Part shown: piece after piece, positions 51,937 to 64,000 of the stretch
Numbering within the stretch: the stretch's first letter is position 1
Layout of the letters: every line of letters begins with the position of its first letter
Assembly (NCBI GenBank): GCA_002269645.1
Contig: NIVC01000376.1
Coordinates: 496,001 to 560,000, forward strand
Source of the DNA: Macrostomum lignano
Lineage: Eukaryota
Reading direction: 5' to 3'
DNA length: 64,000 bases
Translations under genes and position numbers: made by a program
Notes under the pieces: generated by a model
Seen by the model: the letters and a program-made list of their open reading frames with translations, nothing else
Databases searched by the model: none
Told to the model about the DNA's origin: nothing

Positions 51937-54900
51937 TTAACCGGTTGCAGCAGAATCCGTCCCGGCCTGCTCCGGCCCCAGCTCCAGATCCAGCAGCATC
52001 TGGGCGAACGCTTTGCCTTGGGGATCGTAGCGAAGCGAGGCGACCCCGCCGCCGCCCAGTGACTGGTCCAACACGAAGTTCAACGCCCGCAGTCCGGGCA
52101 GCTCGTAGCGGTGCACCAGCTGCCGGTGGTCGCGGTCGGGCGGGAAGACATGCTTGAAAAAGTCGGCCACCGCGTCCGAGGTCAGGCGACGACGCAGTAG
52201 GGGGTAGAACTCAGGACGTCTGGCCAGCACGCCGATGTTGCAGGCGTCGCCTTTGTCACCGCTGCGAGCGACCGCTAAGTCGATGAGGCGGCAAGGCAGC
52301 TGGGATAGATAGAGATGGTGTAGAATTTAACATACAATTATTAAGATTAAGGTAAAACTTTCGGGACGCTCAGGGAAGCATAGAGTTTGAAAAGGATGTG
52401 TTGAGGGGAAGGATGAGATTTTGAGAAGAATGGTATTTATATAAAAATGGAATCTGGGGCGGACGAGATTTTTAGAGACGGATGGGATTTGGGAATGGAT
52501 GGGATTTAGAGACGGGTGGGATTTGAGAATGGATGGGATTTAGAGACGGAGGGATTTGGGAATGGATGGGATTTAGAGACGGATGGGATTTGGGAATGGA
52601 TGGGATTTAGAGACGGATGGGATTTGGAGACGGATGGGATTTGGGAATAGATAGGATTTGGAGACGGATGGGATTTGGGATGGATGAGAGTTGGGGACGG
52701 ATGGAATTTGGGGATAAAATAGATTTTTAGGACGGATGAGATTTGGGGACAAAAGGGATTTGGGACGGATGGGATTTAATGACGGGTGGGATTTGGGGAT
52801 GAATGAGATTTAGAGATGGATGGGATATGGAGACAGTTGGGATTTGGGTATAGATGGTATTTTAGGAGGGATGGGATTTGGGGGACTGATGGGAGTTTAG
52901 GATGGATAAGATTTGGGGGACTGATGGGAGTTTAGGATGGATAAGATTTGGGGATGGATGGGATTTGTGGGGCGGATGGGATTTGGGGACGGATGGGAGT
53001 TTAGGACGGATAAGATTTGGGGATTAATTGGATTTGTGGAGCGGATGGGATTTGGGAACGGATGGGATTCAGGTACGGATGGGATTTGGGGACGGATGGG
53101 ATCTCAGGACGGATGGGATTTCAGCACGGATGGGATTTGGGGACCGATGGGATTCGGAGACGGATGGGATTTGGGGACCGATGGGATTCGGAGACGGATG
53201 GGATTTGGGGACCGATGGGATTCGGAGACGGATGGGACTAAGGAACGGATGGGACTAAGGAACGGATGGGATTTGGGGACGGATGGGATCTCAGGACGGA
53301 TGGGATTTCAGCACGGATGGGATTTGGGGACCGATGGGATTCGGAGACGAATGAGACTAGGAAACGGATGGGATTTGGGGACGGATAGGATTTCAGCACG
53401 GATGGGATTTCAGGACGGATGGGATTTGGGGACGGATGGGATTTCAGGACGGATGGGATTTGAGGACCGATGGGATTTGGAGACGGATGGGACAAGGGAA
53501 CGGATGGGATTTAATGACGGACGGTATTAGAGAATTGAATTACACTAGTCAATAAGTTAAGAAACTCTTAACCAACCTTAATCGAGGAAAGCTCACTCTC
53601 GACAGCATCGGGCAGTTCGTCAATATCATCGGACTCATCCACGGTACCTCTGTCGAATTCACTCGCCGGCACATCGCACCAAGCGTCTATGGTGCTAATA
53701 GTGCGGCCGCCAACGAAATGCACCTGCGGCTTGAAGGCGGACCGGTCCACCTGGCGGGTGACCAGCCGCAGCACCGGGGACACCTTGGGCCGGCCGCCGA
53801 CCAGCGCGGTTAGACCCGGCGCCATCCCGGTGCCGGCTGGCGCGATCTCCCGGGACAGGACCTCCAGGGCCTCCTTGGACTGGTGCTTCGCAGCCAGCCA
53901 GAGGGCCGCTTCGCGAGGCGCCGACTGCTGCTCAAGGTGCCGTAAGGACGGGGAGAAAGCAGTGCGATTGCAGTCACAATACTCAGTGACAGTCCCACAA
54001 TACTCAGTGACAGTCACGCAATACTCAGTGACAGTCACACAATACTCAGTGACAGTCCCACAATACTCAGTGACAATCATACAATACTCAGTGAAAATCA
54101 TACAATACTCAGTGAAAATCATACAATACTCAGTGACAATCATACAATACTCAGTGACAATCATACAATACTCAGTGACAATCATACAAAACTCAGTGAC
54201 AATCATGCAATACTCAGTGACAATCATACAATACTCAGTGACAGTCGTACAATACTCAGTGACAGTCACACAATACTCAGTGACAGTCTCACAATACTCA
54301 GTGACAGTCCCACAATACTCGGTGACAGTCCCACAATACTCAGTGACAGTCACAAAATACTCAGTGACAGTCATACAATACTCAGTGACAGTCATACAAT
54401 ACTCAGTGACAGTCACAATACTCAGTGACAGTCATAAAATACTCAGTGACAGTCATACAATACTCAGTGACAGTCACACAATACTCAGTGACAGTCACAT
54501 AATACTCAGTGACAATCATACAATACTCAGTAACAATCATACAATACTCAGTGACAGTCGTACAATACTCAGTGACAGTCACACAATACTCAGTGACAAT
54601 CATACAATACTCAGTGACAGTCGTACAATACTCAGTCACAGTCACACAATACTCAGTGACAGTCGTACAATACTCAGTGACAGTCACACAATACTCAGTG
54701 ACAGTCACACAATACTCAGTGACAATCATACAATACTCAGTGACAATCATACAATACTCAGTGACAGTCGTACAATACTCAGTCACAGTCACACAATACT
54801 CAGTGACAGTCGTACAATACTCAGTGACAGTCCCACAATACTCAGTGACAGTCACACAATACTCAGTGACAATCATAAAATACTCAGTGACAATCATACA

Positions 54901-56203
54901 ATACTCAGTGACAGTCGTACAATACTCAGTGACAGTCACACAATACTCAGTGACAATCATACAATACTCAGTCACAATCATACAATACTCAGTGACAGTC
55001 GTACAATACTCAGTGACAGTCGTACAATACTCAGTCACAGTCACACAATACTCAGTGCACTCACAGATCCGCTTTTCCCGCTGGCGCCAAACGCATCTTC
55101 AGCGCCGATCACTTGCACGGTGACGTCAGTGAAATCAGCGTAGTCGAGGTGCTGGAAAATTTGCCGCACGCTGAAAAACAAAAAAGAATGGCTTTTAATG
55201 ACAACAGTAAAAGGCAGCCATAAAAATGGGACTAAAAGGTGGCATTGGGAATGTGACTGGAGGCTAATATTAATGGGTAAGATTGAAGGGCAAGATTAAA
55301 ATTAAAGTATGAGATTAAAGCTTAAGATTGAAGGGTAAAAATAAAAGGGAAAGCCTGAAGGGTGAGATTGAAGGGTAAGATTGAAGGGTTAGAATAAAAT
55401 GGTAAGATTTAAGGCTGAGATTGAAGGGTAAGATAGAAGATTGCGATAGACGATTGAAGGGTAAGATTGAAGGGTTAGAATAAAATGGTAAGATTTAAGG
55501 CTGAGATTGAAGGGTAAGATAGAAGATTGCGATAGACGATTGAAGGGTAAGATTGAAGGGTGAGATTGAAGGTTGAGATTGAAGGGTGAGATTGAAAGGT
55601 CAGATTGAAGGTTGAGATTGAAGGGTGAGATTGAAAGGTGAGATTGAAGGGTGAGAACGAAAGCTACTGGAACTCACCGCTTGAGCACGGCCTCGGCAGT
55701 CAGTCGGGCTTTCTTAGCGGCCAAGCCACCGGCCACCACCGACACGGCCGTCAGCCGGTAGCCGTCCATCTCGCAGCCGCTGACCTTCAGCTGCATCGGC
55801 GGCGGGCGGCCGCGAGCGCCAAGGACCGCTACGCGATTTTCGCCAGCCTGCTCGAGTCGAACCCGGCGCAGATCGAGGGTGCAGTCGGGCAGCAGGTAGG
55901 CCGCCGGGTCGCCGATCTCGTAGACAATCTGCTCGCCAACCGTCTCAGTTGTGACCAGCCCGCCTGTGCCCGGCGGCTTCGTGATGAACACCCGGCCGTC
56001 GCGATGGCACTCGGCCACGGGGAAGCCGATGCTGTGCCAGTCCGGCACGCTCTCGTAGTCGGTGAAGATGCCGCCAGTGCACTGGGCGCCGCACTCGACT
56101 ATGTGGCCGGCCAGGCTGCCCGCCGCCAGCAGGTCCAGGTCGTGGGGTGACCAGCGGAACTGGGGCCGGCGGGGAGGGCGGAACAGGTGGATGCTGGCAG
56201 ACT

Positions 56204-56238
<35 letters not shown>

Positions 56239-56310
56239 TGACAGTCACTAAGACATGCACTAAGACAGACAGACAGTCACTCAGACATGCACTAAGACAG
56301 ACAGACACTA

Positions 56311-56387
<77 letters not shown>

Positions 56388-56390
56388 CTA

Positions 56391-56483
<93 letters not shown>

Positions 56484-59400
56484 CACAGACAGACACACAG
56501 ACAGATAGATAGACAGATAGACAGACAGACAGACAGACACACAGACAGACCGACATTACAATTACAGCTAGATATACAATCGATTGCAGTACAATAATAA
56601 TCTGTTTTTTCAAAACGGAATTATTAATAATGAAGCGAAAAATCAGTCACCTAAATGATTCTCAGACGTGTTTAATACTTTTACTACTTCATTCCGAGTG
56701 CAAGGTCTAAGTTCGGCTAACCCCCCATCAGATGATCACGATCCAGACGCGTGGAGGGGAGTAAGATAAAGAGGCCATAGTATTCAAAACATCCTGCCTC
56801 GCGCATTCGAGTGCAAATCAAACAGTTTTCATATGAGAAAGCACAAGTGCTTTGGGCAGGGCAGGATTGAGGAAAGTCCGCAGGAACTGGGACGCGAATG
56901 CAGATAGCCTTGTCAGTTAATTAAGTAGATAAAATCGCCATCTTTAAATCAGAAATCGCTATCAGTAAGGTAATTTCCTCAGCACACTATTCAAAAACCT
57001 TGTAGCTAATTTAAATACGGAAAATTTCCAAAGGAAATTAAGAAAAGTCAACTGAGAAAACGAAGAATGAAAACCGTCAGGCACTGATCAAATCAATGAA
57101 ATAGCCAGGCATTTCAGACCTTCGGACTTCTAAAAATAAACCGCTGAGTCAGGACTTCGAAGGGCCATTCATGGGGCGTTTAGTGGCCTTTCTTGGTGAC
57201 TTTAATCGCCTTTCTCAGTGAGTTTAGTGTGGCCTTTTTTGGTGAGTTTAGTGTGGCCTTTGTGAGTTTAGTGTGGCCTTTCTTGGTGAGTTTAGCGTGG
57301 CCTTTCTTGGTGAGTTTAGCGTGGCCTTTTTTGGTGAGTTTAGCGTGGCCTTTCTTGATGAGCTTAGCGTGGCCTTTCTTAGTGAGTTGAGTGTGGCCTT
57401 TCTTGGTGAGTTGAGTGTGGCCTTTCTTGATGAGCTTAGCGTGGCCTTTCTTAGTGAGTTGAGTGTGGCCTTTCTTGGTGAGTTGAGTGTGGCCTTTCTT
57501 GATGAGCTTAGCGTGGCCTTTTTTAGTGAGTTGAGTGTGGCCTTTCTTGGTGAGTTGAGTGTGGCCTTTCTTGGTGAGTTGAGTGTGGCCTTTCTTGATG
57601 AGCTTAGCGTGGCCTTTCTTAGTGAGTTGAGTGTGGCCTTTCTTGGTGAGTTGAGTGTGGCCTTTCTTGATGAGCTTAGCGTGGCCTTTTTTAGTGAGTT
57701 GAGTGTGGCCTTTCTTGGTGAGTTGAGTGTGGCCTTTCTTGGTGAGTTTAGCGTGGCCTTTCTTGGTGTTTCATTGACTATTCATGAGATGTTTAGTGGT
57801 CCTTATTAGGGGATTTTCTCGGGGAGTAATCTAAGGAATTTTTTGCACCAATCTTAGGGCTGTTACAAGTACCCAATTCTCGCAGCTAAATGAGTGAAAA
57901 TTGATATAGAAAAGCAAGAACAGAGAGAAATCGTTTTTTCACTTTCACAAAAACACGCTGGACTCACCTCGTGAATCAGCGGTCCAAGTACCAGAGCGCT
58001 GTCTACGCATCTGCCAGTGATGACAAACTGAGCCCCGGCGTTCAAGGCCTGCGCTATGGGCTGGGCTCTGGGAAGCGACAACGGAACGCGAATAGTTGTT
58101 GCTAAGGAAGAAAGTGGATTGAAATCTGTTCTAGCGCATAAATTAACTTCCCCCATTTGACGGCCCTTGTGAATTATGCGCAGTGATGCTCCAGGCCAAA
58201 AGAAGACAAAAACTAGTAAGCATATAGTCGGGCACTCGTAATCACCTAGTTGGGCATTCAAAATCAGCTAGTTGGGCACTCGTAATCAGCTAGTTGGGCA
58301 CTCGTAATCAGCTAGTTGGGCACTCGTAATCAGCTAGTTGGGCACTCGTAATCAGCTAGTTGGGCACTCATAATTATCTAGTTGGGCACTCATAATTATC
58401 TAGTTGGGCACTCGTAATTATCTAGTTGGGCACTCATAATTATCTAGTCGGGCACTCGTAATTATCTAGTTGGGCACTCGTAATCAGCTAGTTGGGCACT
58501 CGTAATCAGCTAGTTGGGCACTCGTAATCAGCTAGTTGAGCAATCGTAATTATCTAGTTGGGCACTCGTAATCAGCTAGTTGGGCACTCGTAATCAGCTA
58601 GTTGGGCACTCGTAATTATCTAGTTGGGCACTCGTAATCAGCTAGTTGGGCACTCGTAATCAGCTAGTTGGGCACTCGTAATCAGCTAGTTGGGCACTCG
58701 TAATCAGCTAGTTGGGCACTCGTAATCAGCTAGTTGGGCACTCGTAATCAGCTAGTTGGGCACTCGTAATCACCCCAAATATAAGCAAATCCTCACCCAA
58801 GATAGGCGTTGGCGTTTATCAGCTTGCCTGACGACTCGCCAGGCATCAAATTTTTTGCATCATCGCCCGTTACCACGGCAACAGATCCGGACAAGTCTAA
58901 GCCGACATTTTTGCCGTAGGAGATTAGGAATTCAGCGCAGGATAGGGGATTAATTCCGCCGGCGTTAGTAACCACTCGAATGCCTATAAAAGAGTAAGTA
59001 AATTAAGGTAAGTCCAAGTCTAATGCAAATAGAATTTATAACAACTATACATGTAAGTTAATAACTAATTTATTGCACCGACCTTGCTTAGAAATTTCCT
59101 TTAGCATCGGACCAACGCCATAATTAATAAAATCAGGGGCAAAACCCAGCTTCTGCAATGCGGAAAAAGAGAAGGCAACAATTATTAATATGAATTTTTT
59201 GGCGATTTCAACCCGACTATCCTACTATGAATGGCAGTAGTGTTGGATAGAGTAGGTAACTCAGATTTTCCAACGCATCTAATGCGCGGCGCGGCTTAAA
59301 ACAACTTTTCAGGTAGTTTGGCGCCATTCTTTAAACAAAACTTGTTTGGCGCCATTTAGCAAACCCAGCTGGTTTGGCGCCATTCATTCAAACCCAGCTA

Positions 59401-60403
59401 GTTTGGCGCCATTCATTCAAACCCAGCTTGTTTGGCGCCATTCATTCAAACCCAGCTAGTTTGGCGCCATTCATTCAAACCCAGCTACTTTGGCGCCATT
59501 CAGACACAGCTAGTTTGGCGCCATTCAGACAGCTACTTTGGCGCCATTCAGACACAGCTAGTTTGGCGCCATTCAGACATAGCTAGTTTGGCGCCATTCA
59601 GACACAGCTACTTTGGCGCCATTCAGACACAGCTAGTTTGGCGCCATTCAGACACAGCTAGTTCAAAAAGCAAACTGCATTACCGGACTCTTCATCTTAA
59701 CCCCAGCCAGCAGAGACATGGTGATTTCTGACAAATAGTCTGACACCAAATAGTCGATATTGCCGTGTTTGACCAGCTGCTGAGCTGAAATGCAGTTTAG
59801 TTAATGGAATTTATAGATATCGCAAAAACAACGTCGACTTTCCCTAAGTAGTCCTTTAATCCGATCCCATCCCCTAACCCAATCCCATTCCCTAATCCAA
59901 TCCCATTCCCTAATCCAATCCCATTCCCTAATCCAATCCCATTCCCTAATCCAATCCCATTCCCTAATCCAATCCCATTCCCTAATCCAATCCCATCCCC
60001 TAATCCAATCCCATCCCCTAATCCAATCCCATCCCCTAATCCAATCCCATCCCCTAATCCAATCCCATCCCCTAATCCAATCCCATCCCCTAATCCAATC
60101 CCATCCCCTAATCCAATTCCCTCCCCTAATCCAATCCCATCCCCTAATTTAATCTCTTTCCCCTAGCCGAATGCCTCCCTGTCACCCATCCCTACCATCA
60201 TCTCCCTATCACTGCCCCACTTATCACTCACTTGACACAGACGTGTCTCCCCAGAAGCCAGAAGAGCACCCAATTCTGCAGACATTAGTCACAGGCCGCC
60301 TGCCCGGATTTACACAATGACACAGCCTATGGCTTACTGCAGCCTGCTGTCTAGGTAACAGCAGGGAGGTCAGCTTAGCACTGTGGCAAGCGGCTGTCTG
60401 CAT
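51937..60403 (-). CDS. Acyclic terpene utilisation AtuA / DUF1446-family protein, ~642 aa, 9 exons
   Basis: Exons 60403-60232, 59784-59684, 59152-59083, 58983-58797, 58067-57968, 56159-55678, 55170-55065, 53924-53577 (acceptor could be 53927), 52299-51937. All GT-AG and phase-consistent. Motifs [81 protein letters not shown]. Confidence 0.92.
52470..53520. repeat. G-rich ~19-nt minisatellite (gacggatgggatttgggga) in AtuA intron 8
   Basis: Direct reading. Confidence 0.9.
53972..55056. repeat. 21-nt minisatellite (acaatactcagtgacagtcac) filling AtuA intron 7
   Basis: Direct reading. Confidence 0.97.
55320..55655. repeat. ~13-nt degenerate repeat (gattgaagggtaa) in AtuA intron 6
   Basis: Direct reading. 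Confidence 0.85.
56200..56552. repeat. (GACA)n microsatellite in AtuA intron 5
   Basis: Direct reading. Confidence 0.95.
57190..57770. repeat. 21-nt minisatellite (gtggcctttcttggtgagttta/ga) in AtuA intron 5
   Basis: Direct reading. Confidence 0.95.
58245..58772. repeat. ~22-nt minisatellite (cagctagttgggcactcgtaat) in AtuA intron 4
   Basis: Direct reading. Confidence 0.95.
59316..59662. repeat. ~25-29-nt minisatellite (agctagtttggcgccattcagacac) in AtuA intron 2
   Basis: Direct reading. Confidence 0.92.
59862..60150. repeat. 18-nt minisatellite (ccctaatccaatcccatt/c) in AtuA intron 1
   Basis: Direct reading. Confidence 0.95.
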
Positions 60404-62627
60404 AATTCGATACAGAGCAGGCCTACTTATATAGAAGTTACATGAAGGCTCGAAGATTTGCGTCTAATTATTAATCTATTTTTCTGAAAAAAAAGAAATA
60501 GAAAAATACTAAAATTACTGCAATTTTAAAGTTTTGGAATGACTAATTTGCATTCTAATTGTTTACAAGCAATATTTTATACAGACAGTAGTAATTATCA
60601 TTTGGGTCGCAGATCAAACTCCAAGTCACAGGCGAGTGTACATGTCTGACGATAAGAAAGCCAGGGCTGTTGTACACTCTGTGTGAGCTTGTGTACGAGT
60701 GCGTGACTGCGTACAGGATCGGTGCGCTTGCGTCAGCGAAATGGGCAGAATTGTGGGACGATGCCAGATCTAAGAAAAGAGTTTATTGTTAAAGATCAAA
60801 GAAAAAATTCTTGCTTTTCCAATTTCATAACCTAAGCATTTTATATTAATTAGGAGAAACAAACAACATAGACAGAAAAGAAGCTGTGATGCTACTTAGT
60901 CAATTGTTTACATAGTAGACTAGATAAATGCACTTTTGTAACCATGTTGCAAGCAATCTATGTTAGTACCTAATCTGTGTCTACCTAGCTTATAAAAAAT
61001 GTCATTTAGCAACTAGAGCCAAATTCATACTGTATACTCTTTTATGTATTCTCAACTATAATGACACAGCTGTTCTCAAGACTCAATTTATCACATTTTT
61101 GTTTTACAAAAAAACTTTCTTGGTCAGATCCTTGAGGCATATGTAGAGTACCAATATATAAATTGAAGCATATATGTATTTGTAGTAGGGCATAATTTGG
61201 GGATAGAAATAGATGCGGGACAAATATGATTTTATGCTACTATCAGTAGTTTCAGCCTGGGGAAGTAATTAGAGTGGGGGAAAATTGCTAGTTTTGGGAT
61301 CCTTTAAAACTACAGAGCAGTTGGGCTCTTGGGAAAGCAGAGATTCTGTTTGTGATCCCATTTGTGATCTTGCATATGCAATATTTCTAAAATTCAAGCA
61401 ATTGGTAAGGAAGCAAAGAAAAGGGGAAATATAATTTAGGAATGCACAGAGGAGTCTTGCACAGAGCACATAGGAAGAATAGGGGAGTAATGTAACAAAC
61501 CAACTTTTGTACAAGTAACATATTCTTTTCTTTATTAAACTTGTGTTAACTAAACTTTATTGGTATCCTGACTTGATTCTTTAATATCTAACACTAGAAT
61601 TAGGGAACTCAGGGACCTAGTGGCAGCGAATCTACCAATCTTAACCAATATAACCAGTAAATCCACTAGAAAATCCTTAGCACAGAAACCAGTAGCTTAG
61701 CTGCGAGGTTACACGCCCATTCCATATTGAAAAATGTAAAATGTTAAAATTAATCCATGACCCCATCTATGCCCTATACCACATTGAGGCAACTGCGGGC
61801 ATGCAGAAGCTGCTATGCAGTTTGACTACTAGCTTGGCACTCAGCCCAGTAGTGGAAGAAGCTGGTAAATCTATAGTAATTGGTCATGAATCTTAAGTGG
61901 CAAGGAGGAAGGGCAAAGGTAGGAGGGATAAGTAAAGGTGGCTACTACAACCTGCAAGAATGGGCAATGACAATTGAAAAATTGAACTCAAGACCTATAG
62001 CACATTGACATATTCTACTATGATGTCAAAGAATGTTGCATACATCTTGCTATTTGAATTAGTTGAATATCAGTTTGCCAATTGGGTTTATGGCAAATTG
62101 TCCAATATTCATTACTAGTTAGCCATAGTTAGGAAGGTATCCTATATGCCAGAATTTTCTAGTGTGCATTAGCCCTTTATAGTTTATTGGCATGCATATT
62201 TGGCATGCTTGAATCTTAAAATAGGTACAAATATCTACTATCTTCTAGTTTCTGTAAAAGGTAGGAGTTTGTTTGAAAGAAAATAATAATTAAATTTGAT
62301 AGTGCTATTTTAAAGAATTTAGATCATACATGCCCAACACCTGTCCGACCTGTCTGAACCAGACAGGTGAAATAGCCACTGGCCAAGGTAAGTCGCAAAA
62401 TCAAAAATGGGAAAATGAAAAAAAATTAAGGGAATAAAAAAGGAGAGGAAAAGAAAAGGAAAAGAAAGGAGGAAGAGAGAGGAGAAAGAGGAGAGAAAAA
62501 GAGAAAGAGAAGAAAAGAGAATAGAGGAACTAAGTCGCAATCAGGAGGAACTAAGTTGTAATCAGGAGGAACTATGTTGCAATTGGGAAGAAGTAAGTTG
62601 CAAATCTGGACTAAGTTGCACCGCACC

Positions 62628-63579
62628 GCCCTATTGGAATAAGTTTTCAGACACTGTGGACAGTGCATCTAGTGCGCCATGGCAATCATAAAGTGGCCTG
62701 GACGGTGCGTCATGACAATCTTCAAATCCTAAGGTGGTATGGACGATGTGTCATTCAAATCTTCAAATCCTAGGGTGCCATAGCACTCTAGGTTTAGGTG
62801 ATATTGTGCATGACTCCAGTCTCTATCATGTTCATTCTGATGATGCATCACTCATTTTTGAGAGATTTAAAGAGATTGAGAGAAAATTGTCTTTGCCTTA
62901 TCCACACACTTTTTCAGTAGTAGTTGTAGCACTTTGGCTCGGGTCGGGTTATCAAATCTGATAACTATTTAGCATGGTGTTTCGAAGAATATTTTCACAT
63001 TTAAATGTCAGCATAAATAAATGTACGCGCAACCAATCAAAAAGATAATTAAACAAAGCAGAAAATTTGTTGAGAGACTTTTAATAGAATTTAGTTTACT
63101 TTTTTATTTCTTGCAACTGCGTTATAAGAGAACATTAAGAGCAATTAGCATTTGGCACTATGTTATAATGTTTATGAGGCAATAAAGAACATTTCTGCTG
63201 CGATCTTTCAACTACAATTTCCAATTTTACGATTAACTTGCATGCATATTCTAGATGACACAGCAATCAATACATATGATAGGAGATATGCTATACTATA
63301 GCCCATAGCAATATTATCAAAGTTATAGAAATTAGAAAAACAAGTTTTACTTACAGTTTGCTGAATTTCCACCGTGCTGCTGACTTTCTCCTGTGCATGC
63401 TTCTCATCCTTGTTCAGCAGCACTGTATGTAGCGCGTGATGTCCTCCTTGCATCTTACCTGTGAGCTGCTGTGCGTCATGGCGCATGGCGCGCGTAGCGC
63501 GCCATGCGCCATGACTATGAGGAAAAAGAAAAAGTGCGCCGGACGCCGTCCGCGAAAATACCACTTATTCCAATAGGGC
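62628..63579. mobile_element. Non-autonomous TIR element (~950 bp) with 17 bp perfect TIRs and 6 bp flanking direct repeat
   Basis: gccctattggaataagt at 62628-62644 and its reverse complement at 63563-63579. cgcacc lies directly outside both ends (62622-62627, 63580-63585). Confidence 0.65.
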
Positions 63580-64000
63580 CGCACCGGACAGGTGAAATTT
63601 TGAGGTTGGTCATGTATGATTTAGATACCACAACTTATAACCTATAACCTATAACCTAACCTTATCTCATAACCTATTTTTCCTTTTAAGCCTTATTTGC
63701 ACTGCTTTAACAACAAAAAAAGAGAAATTGCACTCTAAGCCTTGAAATTGCACCCTGAAAATTAGGCCCTAAGCATAGGGAGCAATTTTGCACCTTGTCT
63801 TGGGCGAAAAAACCCAGTTCAGCACTAGGCCCTAGGCCTTTTTAGGCTTTTATTGGAATTTGGTCAGAAATACTTTGTTACCAAACTCCTCCAGCCAGTT
63901 AACAAAATTTTTGCATTGTCAAAATTGAAAGTTTGTCAAAATTTAAGCTCAATCTGTCCATTCTAATTGTAGCTTTCGAGTGCCTAGCCATAGTTTCAAT

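Noticed and set aside
60500-62340. AT-rich region upstream of AtuA as a gene or retroelement
   Set aside because: No substantial ORF, splice pattern or terminal repeats recognised.

Overview
Eukaryotic (animal) genomic DNA with GT-AG introns and many minisatellites. The style resembles a free-living flatworm such as Macrostomum, but that is inference and unverified. Bases 1-8294 are a near-copy of 10176-18521, separated by a 203-N gap and a LINE 3' end, so the duplication may be an assembly artefact. Genes reconstructed by hand: (1) an intronless secreted Cys-rich-repeat protein ending in a bacterial-type M15B (VanY-like) zinc peptidase domain, split by one 1-nt frameshift; (2) a frameshifted glycine-zipper pseudogene; (3) an 8-exon, ~2360-aa DUF4062-like/NACHT/WD40 (NWD-type) STAND protein with a polyQ/LxxLL tandem-repeat N-terminus and a CaaX-like end; (4) a 3-exon Lys/Asp/Ser-rich orphan; (5) a 3-exon BTB-like protein; (6) ELAV/Hu; (7) 4-exon MRPL44; (8) an intronless 7TM GPCR; (9) a 9-exon AtuA/DUF1446-family gene. 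Mobile DNA includes MITE-like elements, two tRNA-derived SINE copies, a deleted Tc1/mariner and a LINE tail. Most long introns carry their own unrelated minisatellite. The best candidate for novel biology is the secreted Cys-repeat/M15 cell-wall peptidase fusion, which lies upstream of the NLR-like STAND gene.
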